Assembly (NCBI GenBank): GCA_026770705.1
Contig: JANJGN010000016.1
Location: 87,854,001-87,918,000 of the forward strand
Origin: Isurus oxyrinchus
Taxonomy: Eukaryota
DNA: 64,000 bases
Direction: 5' to 3'
In this document: piece by piece, positions 47,572-56,899 of the stretch
How positions within the stretch are numbered: position 1 is the stretch's first letter
Layout of the letters: each line of letters opens with the position of its first letter
Notes under the pieces: generated by a model
Databases searched by the model: none
Told to the model about the DNA's origin: nothing
Seen by the model: the letters and a program-made list of their open reading frames with translations, nothing else
Program-made: the position numbers and the translations under genes

Positions 47572-47665
47572 CAGATGTGTCATTGATTGACAGGCGAACC
47601 AGCCAATCAGGACAATCACTTGCTGAAATGTAACCAATCAGCTGATGGGGAGGTGGGACATTTCC
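47572..47665. promoter_or_regulatory. Candidate 3' enhancer or promoter module downstream of C
   Basis: CAGATG 47572-47577; TGATTGACAG 47584-47593; CCAAT 47603-47607 and 47634-47638; CAGCTG 47639-47644; GGGACATTTCC 47655-47665. Confidence 0.5.
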
Positions 47666-47702
47666 AAAGCACTCACCAGACAGAGACTGAATATTCTTAA
47701 TG

Positions 47703-47708
47703 TTTATT
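47703..47708 (-). terminator. Poly(A) signal AATAAA for the light-chain transcript (distal)
   Basis: TTTATT on the plus strand, ~600 nt after the C stop codon. Confidence 0.55.
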
Positions 47709-47797
47709 ACCTTTTACACATTGACATTTACAGAAAAAAGACTTGAATAAACAGCCCAGCCAGAGGGAGCTGGAGAAATTCACAGGGAGAATGGAGG

Positions 47798-47803
47798 TTT
47801 ATT
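47798..47803 (-). terminator. Poly(A) signal AATAAA (proximal alternative)
   Basis: TTTATT on the plus strand, ~500 nt after the C stop codon. Confidence 0.45.
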
Positions 47804-48006
47804 AAAACGCATGCGGAGATTTTCTCCAGAACATGAGAATCCTGTCCCTTTAAACAGTGACTAAACCTTAAATTGTAACTGCAGGGTGAGCAGGAAGGGG
47901 TCTGGTTTACTGAAGCAGACACTTCGGAGGGTCACATTATTTTTGTACAGCTGACAGTCTTCAGCATCTTAGAGAGGTTTAACTTAGCATCACGAGATTA
48001 AACTGA

Positions 48007-48143
48007 CCCATCAAACACTCCCAGGACAGGTGCTGCAGGGGGCTAGATACAGAATAAAGGTCCCTCTACACTGTCCCCATCAAACACTCCCAGGACAGGT
48101 ACAGCACAGGGTTAGATACAGAGTAAAGATCCCTCTACACTGC
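48007..48143. repeat. Two copies of a ~69-bp repeat (ccatcaaacactcccaggacagg...tagatacaga...ccctctacactg) in the C 3' UTR
   Basis: Direct duplication visible in the sequence. Confidence 0.8.
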
Positions 48144-48302
48144 ACCAATAACGTGCCTTAACCCCTGACCCTCAGAAGTGTCTCAGAGCCAGTCCTGAGA
48201 AGGAAGAGAGTTGTAATTTGGTGCTGACAATGACCTTTGCCCTCCCAGCTCACCCCTGTTCTATTTAAAGTTGTATCTCCTCTGTGGACTGTCTCTAACA
48301 CT

Positions 48303-48631
48303 CTACGCACATTCTGATCTCCTGATGCTCTTGCTGAGGGGAGAGGAAAGACTCTCGTGGGTGACGACACAGGAGAAGCTGGCGTTGGACTCCCAGCCGG
48401 AGCCAGAGAGGGTCAGCAGGCTGCTGACGCTGTAGGTGCTGTCCGAAGCTCGCAGGTAGTTGCTGGTCTGAACCCCGTCCGAAATGGCTGCACCGTCCTT
48501 CTTCCACTCCACCTTCACCTCATCGGGATAGAAGTGATTGGCAAGGCACACCAGGGTGGCAGTGCCCTTGGTCTTGACCTCCTCTGGGGAGGGGGGCAGC
48601 AGGGTCACTGTGGGTGGTGACTTCTCTCTGC
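48303..48631 (-). CDS. IGKC: Immunoglobulin kappa-type light-chain constant exon
   Basis: Acceptor ccatttcag|GC (phase 1). Reads (S)REKSPPTVTLLPPSPEEVKTKGTATLVCLANHFYPDEVKVEWKKDG...TYSVSSLLTL...FSCVVTHESLSSPLSKSIRRSECA*. C1-set Cys/Trp/Cys and the penultimate interchain Cys are present. Confidence 0.96.
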
Positions 48632-48664
48632 CTGAAATGGAAGAGGAGGAAGTTTAATCAGTGT

Positions 48665-49075
48665 CATTATAATGTATTTCAACTTCCCGAATATTAACTG
48701 GGATCAAATCTGTGTAAATGTTTAGATGATGTCAAATTCTTATAATCCATCCAGGCGAATTCTTTTAGCCCGAATGTAACAAACCCAACAGAGAAGGGGC
48801 AGTTTTAGACAATTTCAGGGAATGAATCTGGCCAGGTGGAAGGTGTATCAGTGGGAGAGTATTTGGCTAATAGTGATCATAATTCAGTTAGATTTAGAGC
48901 AGTTATGGAAAAGGATAAAGATAGACCAAGTGTAAAAGTTATAAATTAGGGAAAGGCCAATTTATCTAAGCTGCGATTTGCCGAAATGGACAGGAAACAG
49001 CAACTTGAAGGTAAATCAGTGTCAGAGCAGTGGGAGGTTTTCAAAGAGGATTAAGAAATATTGGATGGGATAAAA
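48665..49075 (+). mobile_element. CR1 ORF2 endonuclease/linker remnant
   Basis: Degraded FNFPNINW, PTREGAVLD and SDHNSVRF motifs. Confidence 0.7.
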
Positions 49076-49159
49076 ACAGTGCGGAATTATCCCAGATTTG
49101 CACAAAGTGCAATGGCGGGTGGGAGAAAGATCGTTTTACATCCTCTGTGGCCTTGCCAC

Positions 49160-49695
49160 TCTCAGTCTTTCCTCCAAGCAGTGTTCAACATGGAGGGGCA
49201 CTGATTCATCAACTGAGGGAGGGGGTACGTGGTAATCAGGAGGACGTTTCCTTCCCTGTGTTTGACCTGATGCCATGAGACTTCATGGTGTCCGGAGTGG
49301 ATTTTGAGGATTCCCAGAGCAACTCCCCACTGACTGTATGCCACTGTGTTGCCACCTGTGCTGGGTCTGACCTGCTGGTGGGACAGGACATACCCGGGGA
49401 TGGTGATGGTGGAGTCTGGGTCATTATCTGTAAGGTATGATTCTGTGAAGATGACTCTGTCAGGCTGTTGCTTGACTGGTCCGTGAGACAGTTCTCCCAC
49501 GTTTGGCACTAGCCCCCAGATGTTAGTAAGGGGGACTTTGCAGGGTCAACGGGGCTGAGATTGCCGTTGTTGTTTCCGGTGCCTAGGTAGATACCGGGTG
49601 GTCAGTCCAGTTTCATTCCTTTTTTGTGACTTTGTAGAAGTTTCTTACAACTGAATGGCGGCTGGGCCACTTCAGAGGGCAGTTAAGAGGCAACA
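49160..49695 (-). mobile_element. CR1-clade LINE endonuclease fragment (inverted)
   Basis: PNVGELSHGPVKQQPDRVIFTESYLTDNDPDSTITIPGYVLSHQQVRPSTGG: APE endonuclease N-terminus. Confidence 0.8.
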
Positions 49696-49716
49696 CATCG
49701 CTGTGTGGCACACAGC

Positions 49717-50695
49717 AACACCTGGAAAATTGCCCAGGTATGTCCTGTACACAAAAAGCAGGACAAATCCAACCTGGCCAATTACCGCCCCATCAGTCTA
49801 CTCTCCATCAACAGTAAAGTGATGTAAGGGGTCATCAACTGTGCTAACAAGTGGCACTTCCTCAGCAATAACCAGCTCACTAACGCCCAGTTTGGGTTCT
49901 GCCAGGGCCGCTCAGCTGCTGACCTCATTACAGCCTCAATTCAGACATGGACAGTGGAGCTGAACTCCCGAGGTGAGGAGAGAGTGACTGTCATAGACAT
50001 CAAGGCCGCATTTGACTGAGTGTGGTGTCAAGGACCCGAGCAAAACTGGAGTCAGAGGGAATCGGGGGAAAACTCTTTGTGGGTTGGAGTCATACCTAGC
50101 AGAAAGGAAGATGGTTGTGGTTGTTGGAGGTCAGTCATCTCAGCTCCAGGACATCACTGCAGGAGTTCCTCAGGGTAGTGTCCTCAGCCCAACCATCTAC
50201 AGCTGTTTCATCAATGACCTTCCTTCCATCATAAGGTCAGAAGTCAGTGTGTTCGCTGAAGATTGCATAATGTTCAGCACCTCAGATACTGGAGCAGTCC
50301 CTGTACAAATGCAGCAAGTCCTGGACAATATCCAGGCTTGGGCTGACAAGTGGCAAGTAACATACATGCCACACAAGTGCCAGGCAATGACCATTTCCAA
50401 CAAGAGGGAACCCAACCATCGCCCCTTGATGTTCAATGGCATTACCATCACTGAATCCCCCACTATCAATGTCCTGGGGGTTACCATTGAGCAGAAACTG
50501 AAGTGGACTAGCCATATAAATACTGTGGCTACAAGAGCAGGTCAGAGGCTAGGAATCATGTGACGAGTAACTCACCTCCTGACTCTCCAAAGCCTGTCCA
50601 CCATCTACAAAGCACAAGTCAGGAATGTGTTGGAGTACTCTCCACTTGCCTGGATGAGTGCATCTCCAACAACACTGAAGAAGCTGGACACTGTA
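49717..50695 (+). mobile_element. CR1-clade LINE reverse transcriptase fragment
   Basis: WKIAQVCPVHKK..NYRPISLL, QFGF, DIKAAFD, GVPQGSVLSPTIYSCFINDL, FAED (degenerate ADD), QAWADKWQ. Confidence 0.92.
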
Positions 50696-50984
50696 TTTAA
50701 ACTGCAGCCGTGCGCACACTTCTCAATGCTTGCAGCCCGGGGCTGCTCCGGTGAAGACTTGGCCCCAAAAACCAAGCAGAGTGCAGCCCCCGATTCAGTG
50801 ACACATTCCTGGGATGCCTTCTGGACACTGTGGAGGCCCATCCTGATGTCCTCTAACCCCGCTCTGGCCACAGGAGGGCCATTAGTTTCAGATTTTTGGC
50901 TGTCTCACCATATTATTCCCACTGCTCACCATGACACCTGACACCAATGGGGCCGGAAAATTCTGGCCATAGTGAGAGAGGAAA

Positions 50985-51280
50985 TATTAATTGTTGAAAA
51001 ATATTCTGAGGGAAATTTTAAACAGCTTTGAGAAAGATACGACTAAGGACAGTCAACATGGACTTGTTAAGGGAAGGCCGTGTCTGACTAAGTTGCTTGA
51101 ATTTTTTGAGGAGGTAACAAGGAGGGTTGATGAGGGGAGCGAGTTTGATGTGGTCTATTAGGATTTTAGCAAGACTTCTGACAAGGTTCCACATGACAGA
51201 CTGCTCAGAAAATTAAAAATTCATGGGATCCCAGGGAAAGGGGCAAGTTGTGTTTCAAATTAATTGAGCGGGAGGAGGTA
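50985..51280 (+). mobile_element. CR1 RT fragment
   Basis: SQHGLVKGRPCLTKLLEFFEEVTRRVDEG...DVVY*DFSKTSDKVPH. Confidence 0.85.
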
Positions 51281-51571
51281 AATGTTTGATTTTAAGCTGG
51301 TTAAATCATATTGGGCTGTTACTTAGACATTTGTAAAGAGGGTTACCACAAATTCAGCACTGAAATGGTTAATAGTAAGAGTGTTTAAAGACTCAGTGTC
51401 CCTCTAAGACACTGTTAAGCTGTCAGGAAGCTCTGACTATTGATCAGCCTGTCCGGGGGAAACAGGTTCACATTAACAATCCTCAGATCACACACACATC
51501 GAGAGAACTTTATCCCAGAATGTTGGAGCACACTTGGATCAACCCACTTCAGAAAGGATTCAGATTGGGTG

Positions 51572-53040
51572 TCATAGAATAAAATGATAGAAAGTTTCTG
51601 GCACAGAAAGAGACCACTCGGCCCATCACGTCTGTGCCACTGAAATACGAGCCGTCCGGCCGAATCCCACTTTCCAGCATTTGGTCTGTAGTCCTCCAGG
51701 TTAAGGCTCTTGAGGTTCGTATCCAGACACCTTTTAAATGGGTTGATGGTTCCTGCCTCTGTGACCCTTTCAGACCGTGAGTTCCAGAGCCTCATCTCCC
51801 ATCTAAACTTTCTCCCAGTCACTATAAATATAACTAATGATTTATCCAGTTCCAGCATAACCTCCTTGCGCTATACCTCGGCTAATGATTGAAAGGATTC
51901 CATGTTCCTACTTAACCACCTTATCGACCTGTTCTGCTACCTTCAGGTGTCTGGACATTCACCCCAAGGTCCCTCACTTCCTCTACACCTCTCAGTATCT
52001 TCCCAATTATTGTTTATTCCTTTGCTTTGTTTGTCCTCCTCAGATGCATCACCTCACACTTCTCTGGGGAGAATTCCATTTGCCACTTTTCTGTCCACCT
52101 GACCAGTCCATTGATATCTTCCTACAGCCTACAACAATCCTCCTTGTTATCTACCATGCAGCCAATTTTTGTGTCGCCTGTAAACTCCTTGATCAATCCC
52201 CTACATTTATGTCCAAATCATTAATATACACACAAAAAGCAGGGGACCTAGGCCTGAGCCTTGCATAACCACACTGGAAACAGCCTTCCAGTCACAAAAA
52301 CACCATCAATAATTACCCTTTGTTCCTGGCCACTGAGCTAATTTTGTATCCAACAGGCCCCATTCCCCTGGACCCCATTGTCTTTTATTTTAATAACCAG
52401 TCTGCCATGTGGAACCTTCTCAAAAACCTTGCTAAATTCCATGTAGATAACATCAACTACACTACCCTCATCAATCCTCCTTGTTAGTTCCTCAAAAAAG
52501 ATCAACAGATTAGTCAGACATGACTAATCCAAATCCATGCTGACTGTCCTGGATTAATCTGTGCCTTTCTAAGTGATAGTTTATCCTGCCCATCAGAATT
52601 GATTCCAATTATTTGACCACCAACGAGGACACAATGACTGGCCTGTAATTATTTGGCTTAAACAAAGGTGCAACATTATCAGACCTCCAATCCTCCGGCA
52701 CCTCACCTGTATCTAGTGAGGATTGGAAAATGAGGATCAGACCCTTCGCAATTTCCTCCCTGGTTTCTGATAACAGCCTGGGGCACATTTCACTCTCAAG
52801 GATGCTAATCGCCCTCATACTTCCTCTCTCCCTATGTTTATCACATCCAATATTTCACACTCCTCCTCCATAACAACAATGTCTAATTGTTCCCTTTCTT
52901 TTGTGAAGACAGACACAAAGTATTCATTCAGAACCATACTCACATCCTCCCCCTCCTCACATAGGTTACCTTTTTGGTCTTTTATGGGACCTACTCATCC
53001 CTTAGTTATCCTCTTACTCTAAATGTATTGGGAAAAAAGC
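51572..53040 (-). mobile_element. CR1 LINE, internally deleted, with 3' tail
   Basis: CPRLLSETREEIAKGL..FQSSLDTGEVPEDWRSDNVAPLFK, further RT pieces, and WNSRSERVTEAGTINPFKRCLD at the 3' end. Confidence 0.88.
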
Positions 53041-53206
53041 TTTGGGTGTTGAAGGTTCTAGATTTCATTTCAAACCTTGCCAGCCAGCACTGGGGTGATG
53101 TTAATGGTGAGGCTTCAATTAGTCTCAGAGTCTGGGGGTCAGACAGGGTCAGTGCGAGGTCAATGGCACCTCACAGGGACAGCATCAGGAATCTCCAACT
53201 TCAAAG

Positions 53207-53596
53207 AAAGGCTTGCATTTCAATGGCACCTATAACCAACTCAGGATGTCCCAGATTGTTCCACAGCCAACTGTGCACAGCAAGATCCCAGATAGCGGAT
53301 TGACAATGACCAGATAATCAGATGTGTAGTGATGCAGATTGAGGGATAAATATTGTCCAGGAAATCCGGGGGAACTCTCCTGCTCTTCTTCTCACAGCCG
53401 TGGGATATTTGACATCCCCCTGAGAGGGCAGACCTCAGTTTGTCTCATCTGAAAGACGGCTCCTCTGACAGTGCTGCCCTCCCTCAATACTGCACTGGAG
53501 TCTCAGCCTGGATTATGTGCTCAAGTCTCTGGAATGGGATTTGAACCCACAACATTATGACTCTGAGGGGAGAGTGCTACCCATTGAGGCATGGCC
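53207..53596 (-). mobile_element. tRNA-derived DeuSINE (SacSINE1-like)
   Basis: B-box-like GTGGGTTCAAATCCCATTCCAGAGACTTGAGCAC head on the minus strand, followed by a Deu-like core (gagggataaatattgtccagga, gagcaggagagttc). Recognised from memory of the family, not by alignment. Confidence 0.7.
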
Positions 53597-54308
53597 GACA
53601 CCTCACGGTCCAATAGCCTGTCATGTTCACCCTCCCGCCTCACACTTGGAGGAATGAGCCCACTTGGGGAGGGTGGAGCTGTTCCCCAGTCAGAGACAGT
53701 GTCTTCAGGAGAGAGATGGAGAGCAGATTCCGGGAGGTCTGGAGTCTAGAGGGTGACATTTAAACATTCGGGGGAAACGGAGAGTCTCCCCGAAACCCTG
53801 GAACACTGAAGCCACTGGATTGTGGGCCCTGCTCTACCTGTTTGTCATCAGAAATTTGCCAATAGATAACCAGGGAGTGGAGAGAGCAGAGTTCAAGCTG
53901 GGGGAGGTGGGACCTCGGTGTCTCACTGTGCTGGTGCTGTGATCAGTTATATCAGAGACTGTGAGAGGGAGCCGGAGCTCATATCAAACTCTGCCCGTGT
54001 CTGTCACACTGAGACTGACAGGAGTCTAGTGAGTGATTTCAGTCCATGGTGCAGCAATGTCAGCACAGTCTGCAAACGTCCAGATCTCCTCTAGACGGTG
54101 GGTAAAAGTTGGTTATTTCTATCTTGCTGCTTAAAGGGGGGAATGTAATGAAAGAAATACAGCTGGGCACCCTGTTATACACAGTGTTGTTCACTGAACC
54201 ATTTCATTCACTGCAATTCCTCACTAACACCTTCAACTATTCAGCATTAGTGTTTGAGAAAGTTTCGGTATTGAAAGGGTTAATAAGGGAGGATTGGGGT
54301 TTACTTAC

Positions 54309-54343
54309 TCAGTCTGAGTTTGGTTCCTTTACCGAACGTAACC
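54309..54343 (-). CDS. IGKJ: Immunoglobulin kappa-type J segment
   Basis: G GTT ACG TTC GGT AAA GGA ACC AAA CTC AGA CTG A|GTAAGT = VTFGKGTKLRL. Contains FGxGT; the phase-1 donor matches the C acceptor. Confidence 0.97.
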
Positions 54344-54382
54344 CACACTGAGAGCTTCCAGTGCAGGGGCTGTACAAAAACC
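54344..54382 (+). other. J recombination signal sequence (23-RSS)
   Basis: Heptamer CACACTG 54344-54350, 23-bp spacer, consensus nonamer ACAAAAACC 54374-54382. Confidence 0.96.
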
Positions 54383-54403
54383 TCAGCTCTCTGCTTCATT
54401 CAG

Positions 54404-54545
54404 TCACTCTCACCCTCTCTCTGTCTCTCACTCACACTCACCTTTAACCCACTCTCACCCTCTCTCTGTCTCTCACTCACACTCACCTTTAACTCACTCT
54501 CACCCTCTCTCTGTCTCTCACTCACACTCACCTTTAACTCTCGCT
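54404..54545. repeat. 45-bp pyrimidine-rich tandem repeat, ~3 copies
   Basis: cactctcaccctctctctgtctctcactcacactcacctttaac repeated; 15-aa period in the ORF track. Confidence 0.9.
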
Positions 54546-54668
54546 CTTTTCCTCTCTCTGCTTCTCAATGTCTTCGTTTTGTTCCAAGAGTTGAGAGTCC
54601 TGATTTTATTTGATAAATCTTTCAGCTGCTCTTCATATGTGGACATGGAGGGTAAGAGGTAAAGTGAC

Positions 54669-55155
54669 CATCATTATATATTATAAATAATTGTGGGATA
54701 TGTCAGTGCAGGGGGTGGGACTGTGTGTCCATTATTATATATTCTATATAACTGTGGGATGTGTCAGTACAGGAGGTGGGACTGTGTGTCCATTATTATA
54801 TATTCTATATAACTGTGGGATGTGTCAGTACATGAGGTGGGACTGTGTGTCCATTATTATATATTCTATATAACTGTGGGATATGTCAGTACAGGAGGTG
54901 GGACTGTGTGTCCATTATTATATATTCTATATAACTGTGGGATGTGTCAGTACAGGAGGTGGGACTGTGTGTCCATTATTATATATTCTATATAACTGTG
55001 GGATGTGTCAGTACAGGAGATGGTGCTGCGTGTCCATTATTATATATTCTATATAACTGTGGGATGGGTCAGTACAGGAGTTGGGACTGTGTGTCCATTA
55101 TTATATATTCTATATAACTGTGGGATGTGTCAGTACAGGAGGTGGTGCTGTGTGT
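54669..55155. repeat. 61-bp minisatellite between J and V, ~8 copies
   Basis: ccattattatatattctatataactgtgggatgtgtcagtacaggaggtgggactgtgtgt; consecutive 60-nt rows shift by one base. Confidence 0.95.
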
Positions 55156-55160
55156 ATTGA

Positions 55161-55188
55161 GGTTTTTGTCAGGCTCTGTATCACTGTG
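55161..55188 (-). other. V recombination signal sequence (12-RSS)
   Basis: Minus strand: CACAGTG (55188-55182), 12-bp spacer, ACAAAAACC (55169-55161). Both elements are perfect consensus; V12/J23 is the kappa arrangement. Confidence 0.98.
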
Positions 55189-55483
55189 TAGGGGTAGCTT
55201 TGCCGTTGCTGACAGTAATAATCAGCGACATCCTCATTCTGTACATTGCTGATTGTCAGGGTGAATTGAGTGCCAGATCCACTGCCGGTGAATCGCTCGG
55301 ATGTTCCTGTGAATCGAGTTGTTGCATCATAGATCAGGAGAGTCGGTTTCTGTCCTTCTCGCTGCTGGTACCAAGCAACATAGCTGCTAACAGACTGACT
55401 GGCCGTACAGGTGATGGTGGCGGTCTGGCCCAGGCTCACTGACACCAGGGGAGGCTGTTTCATGGTGATGTCCCCACTGATAC
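55189..55483 (-). CDS. IGKV: Immunoglobulin kappa-type V exon (germline, unrearranged)
   Basis: Acceptor ccctcag|GT. Reads (G)[97 protein letters not shown], an open frame with Cys, WYQQ, LLIY and DYYC. Resembles shark NS4/kappa V. Confidence 0.97.
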
Positions 55484-55669
55484 CTGAGGGGTAATAGAGA
55501 AACAGAGTGAAGTAAGAACTGTCACACAAAGCGCCTGTAAAATGAGATATTGTTAGAGACAGTGACCGTTCCTCTGCTTTCAGCATTTTCCCTTCAATCA
55601 CAGGTCAGTCGAATTGGATGGAAATGGAGAGCAGGAAAATATTCACGGTGGAAGGAGAGAGATTTGTAC

Positions 55670-55718
55670 CTGCGATGCAGAATGCCAGAGGCCAGATCAG
55701 CTGGATGGCTGAAATCAT
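55670..55718 (-). CDS. IGKV: Light-chain leader exon
   Basis: cacc-ATG context. MISAIQLIWPLAFCIA plus G|GTACAA phase-1 donor, then a 186-nt intron to the V exon. Confidence 0.93.
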
Positions 55719-55778
55719 GGTGTCTGCTCCTGTCCCTGTGCCTGGTCACTGATAAACTCTCCCTTCACTGGGCTCAGC

Positions 55779-55873
55779 TTTATACAGCTGCAGCCTGTCA
55801 GAGTCTCACTGGCTGTTCCTCAGTATGTAAATGGTATCACCCAGAGAGAACCACGTCAGCACCTTTCACTTCC
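55779..55873 (-). promoter_or_regulatory. V promoter: TATA box, variant octamer, Ets-IRF site
   Basis: TATAAA 55784-55779; E-box CAGCTG 55785-55790; ATTTACAT 55832-55825 (consensus ATTTGCAT); GGAAGTGAAA 55873-55864. Confidence 0.75.
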
Positions 55874-55920
55874 TCTTCAACTCTCTCGCTCTGCCTCTCT
55901 ATCCCTCCCTCTGTCTGTCT

Positions 55921-56088
55921 NNNNNNNNNNNNNNNNNNNNNNNNNNNNNNNNNNNNNNNNNNNNNNNNNNNNNNNNNNNNNNNNNNNNNNNNNNNNNNNN
56001 NNNNNNNNNNNNNNNNNNNNNNNNNNNNNNNNNNNNNNNNNNNNNNNNNNNNNNNNNNNNNNNNNNNNNNNNNNNNNNNNNNNNNNNN
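55921..56088. other. Assembly gap (N) within a CT-rich microsatellite
   Basis: Run of N flanked by CT-rich repeats. Confidence 0.99.
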
Positions 56089-56760
56089 CCCTCACCACCT
56101 TTTCCATCTCTCTCTGCCTCCCCATCTCTCTCTCCCACCCTCCATCGTTCTGGAATTCTCTAACTGACTCTATAACAGGCATTATTACTGGAGGTTGGAA
56201 CACTTTGAGTCCTGGTGCAGCAGTTAAATGTTCCCTCTCTCTCTCACTCAGTCTCACAGTCTCCACCTCGCTCTCTCTTTCCCACAGTCTCCCAGGGGGA
56301 ACGCAGTGAAATGAAGGGTAAAACTCCCTCTGCTCTGCCCCACCAATGGATGTGAACCCTTGATCCCAGAAGCATGTCTTCTCCTGGAGTAAGGCCCCAA
56401 TCCCCACACTGACCATGCTTTGGCCTCTCTCAGTCAGACTGACAGATTATTGTCAAATTAAGGGCAGTTCTGTGCTGTTGGCCAATTCTCACTGGGGACT
56501 GGTTTGTAAACAAATCTCATTTCATGAAGGCCCAGCAGAGAGAGGAGACCCTCACCCCATCAGTGTGAGCTGGAGGGACAGGGCAGAGTCTGACCCACTG
56601 AGCCATCCTGTCCATTCAGAACCATGTTCGAATCCCTTCCCCTCTCCCTCCCTTTCCATGGTCAGGCTCCGGGTCAGTGTGTTTTACTGGGATGAGGGGT
56701 GGACGATCACACATTTACAACAGAAAGGAACTGTCCTCCACATCGACCATGGTGTCCATG

Positions 56761-56860
56761 TCCCACTGGACCCTCCAATAGGGACCAGGAAACATGGGCC
56801 TCCTTCCCACTGGAACCTCCAATAGGGACCAGTAAACATGGGCCTCCTGACTGCTGGACC
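56761..56860. repeat. 44-bp direct repeat, ~2.3 copies
   Basis: tcccactgga(c/a)cctccaatagggaccag(g/t)aaacatgggcctcct at 56761 and 56805. Confidence 0.8.
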
Positions 56861-56899
56861 TCCAGTGGCTGAGTTTCAAACTGAGTTTCATCGTCTCCA

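Larger units (their letters stand above)
49079..50968 (+). mobile_element. Probable non-autonomous Harbinger-type element carrying a nested LINE
   Basis: Left end matches 34710-34760. Right end gaaaattctggcc (50956-50968) is an imperfect inverted repeat of the left end gtgcggaattat. Confidence 0.5.

Noticed and set aside
54344-54350. Non-consensus J heptamer CACACTG as an inactivating defect
   Set aside because: The critical CAC is intact, the nonamer and spacer are perfect, and this variant occurs in functional J segments.
48632-55160. Additional J or D segments, or a germline-joined VJ
   Set aside because: Only one FGxGT segment with an RSS was found. V and J both retain their RSSs and the intervening DNA.
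55484-55601. N-terminal extension [13 protein letters not shown]... of the V ORF
   Set aside because: This is leader-V intron sequence; the real leader is the spliced exon at 55670-55718.
55550-56416. ORFs spanning the N gap
   Set aside because: Artefacts of reading through unknown bases and low-complexity CT repeats.
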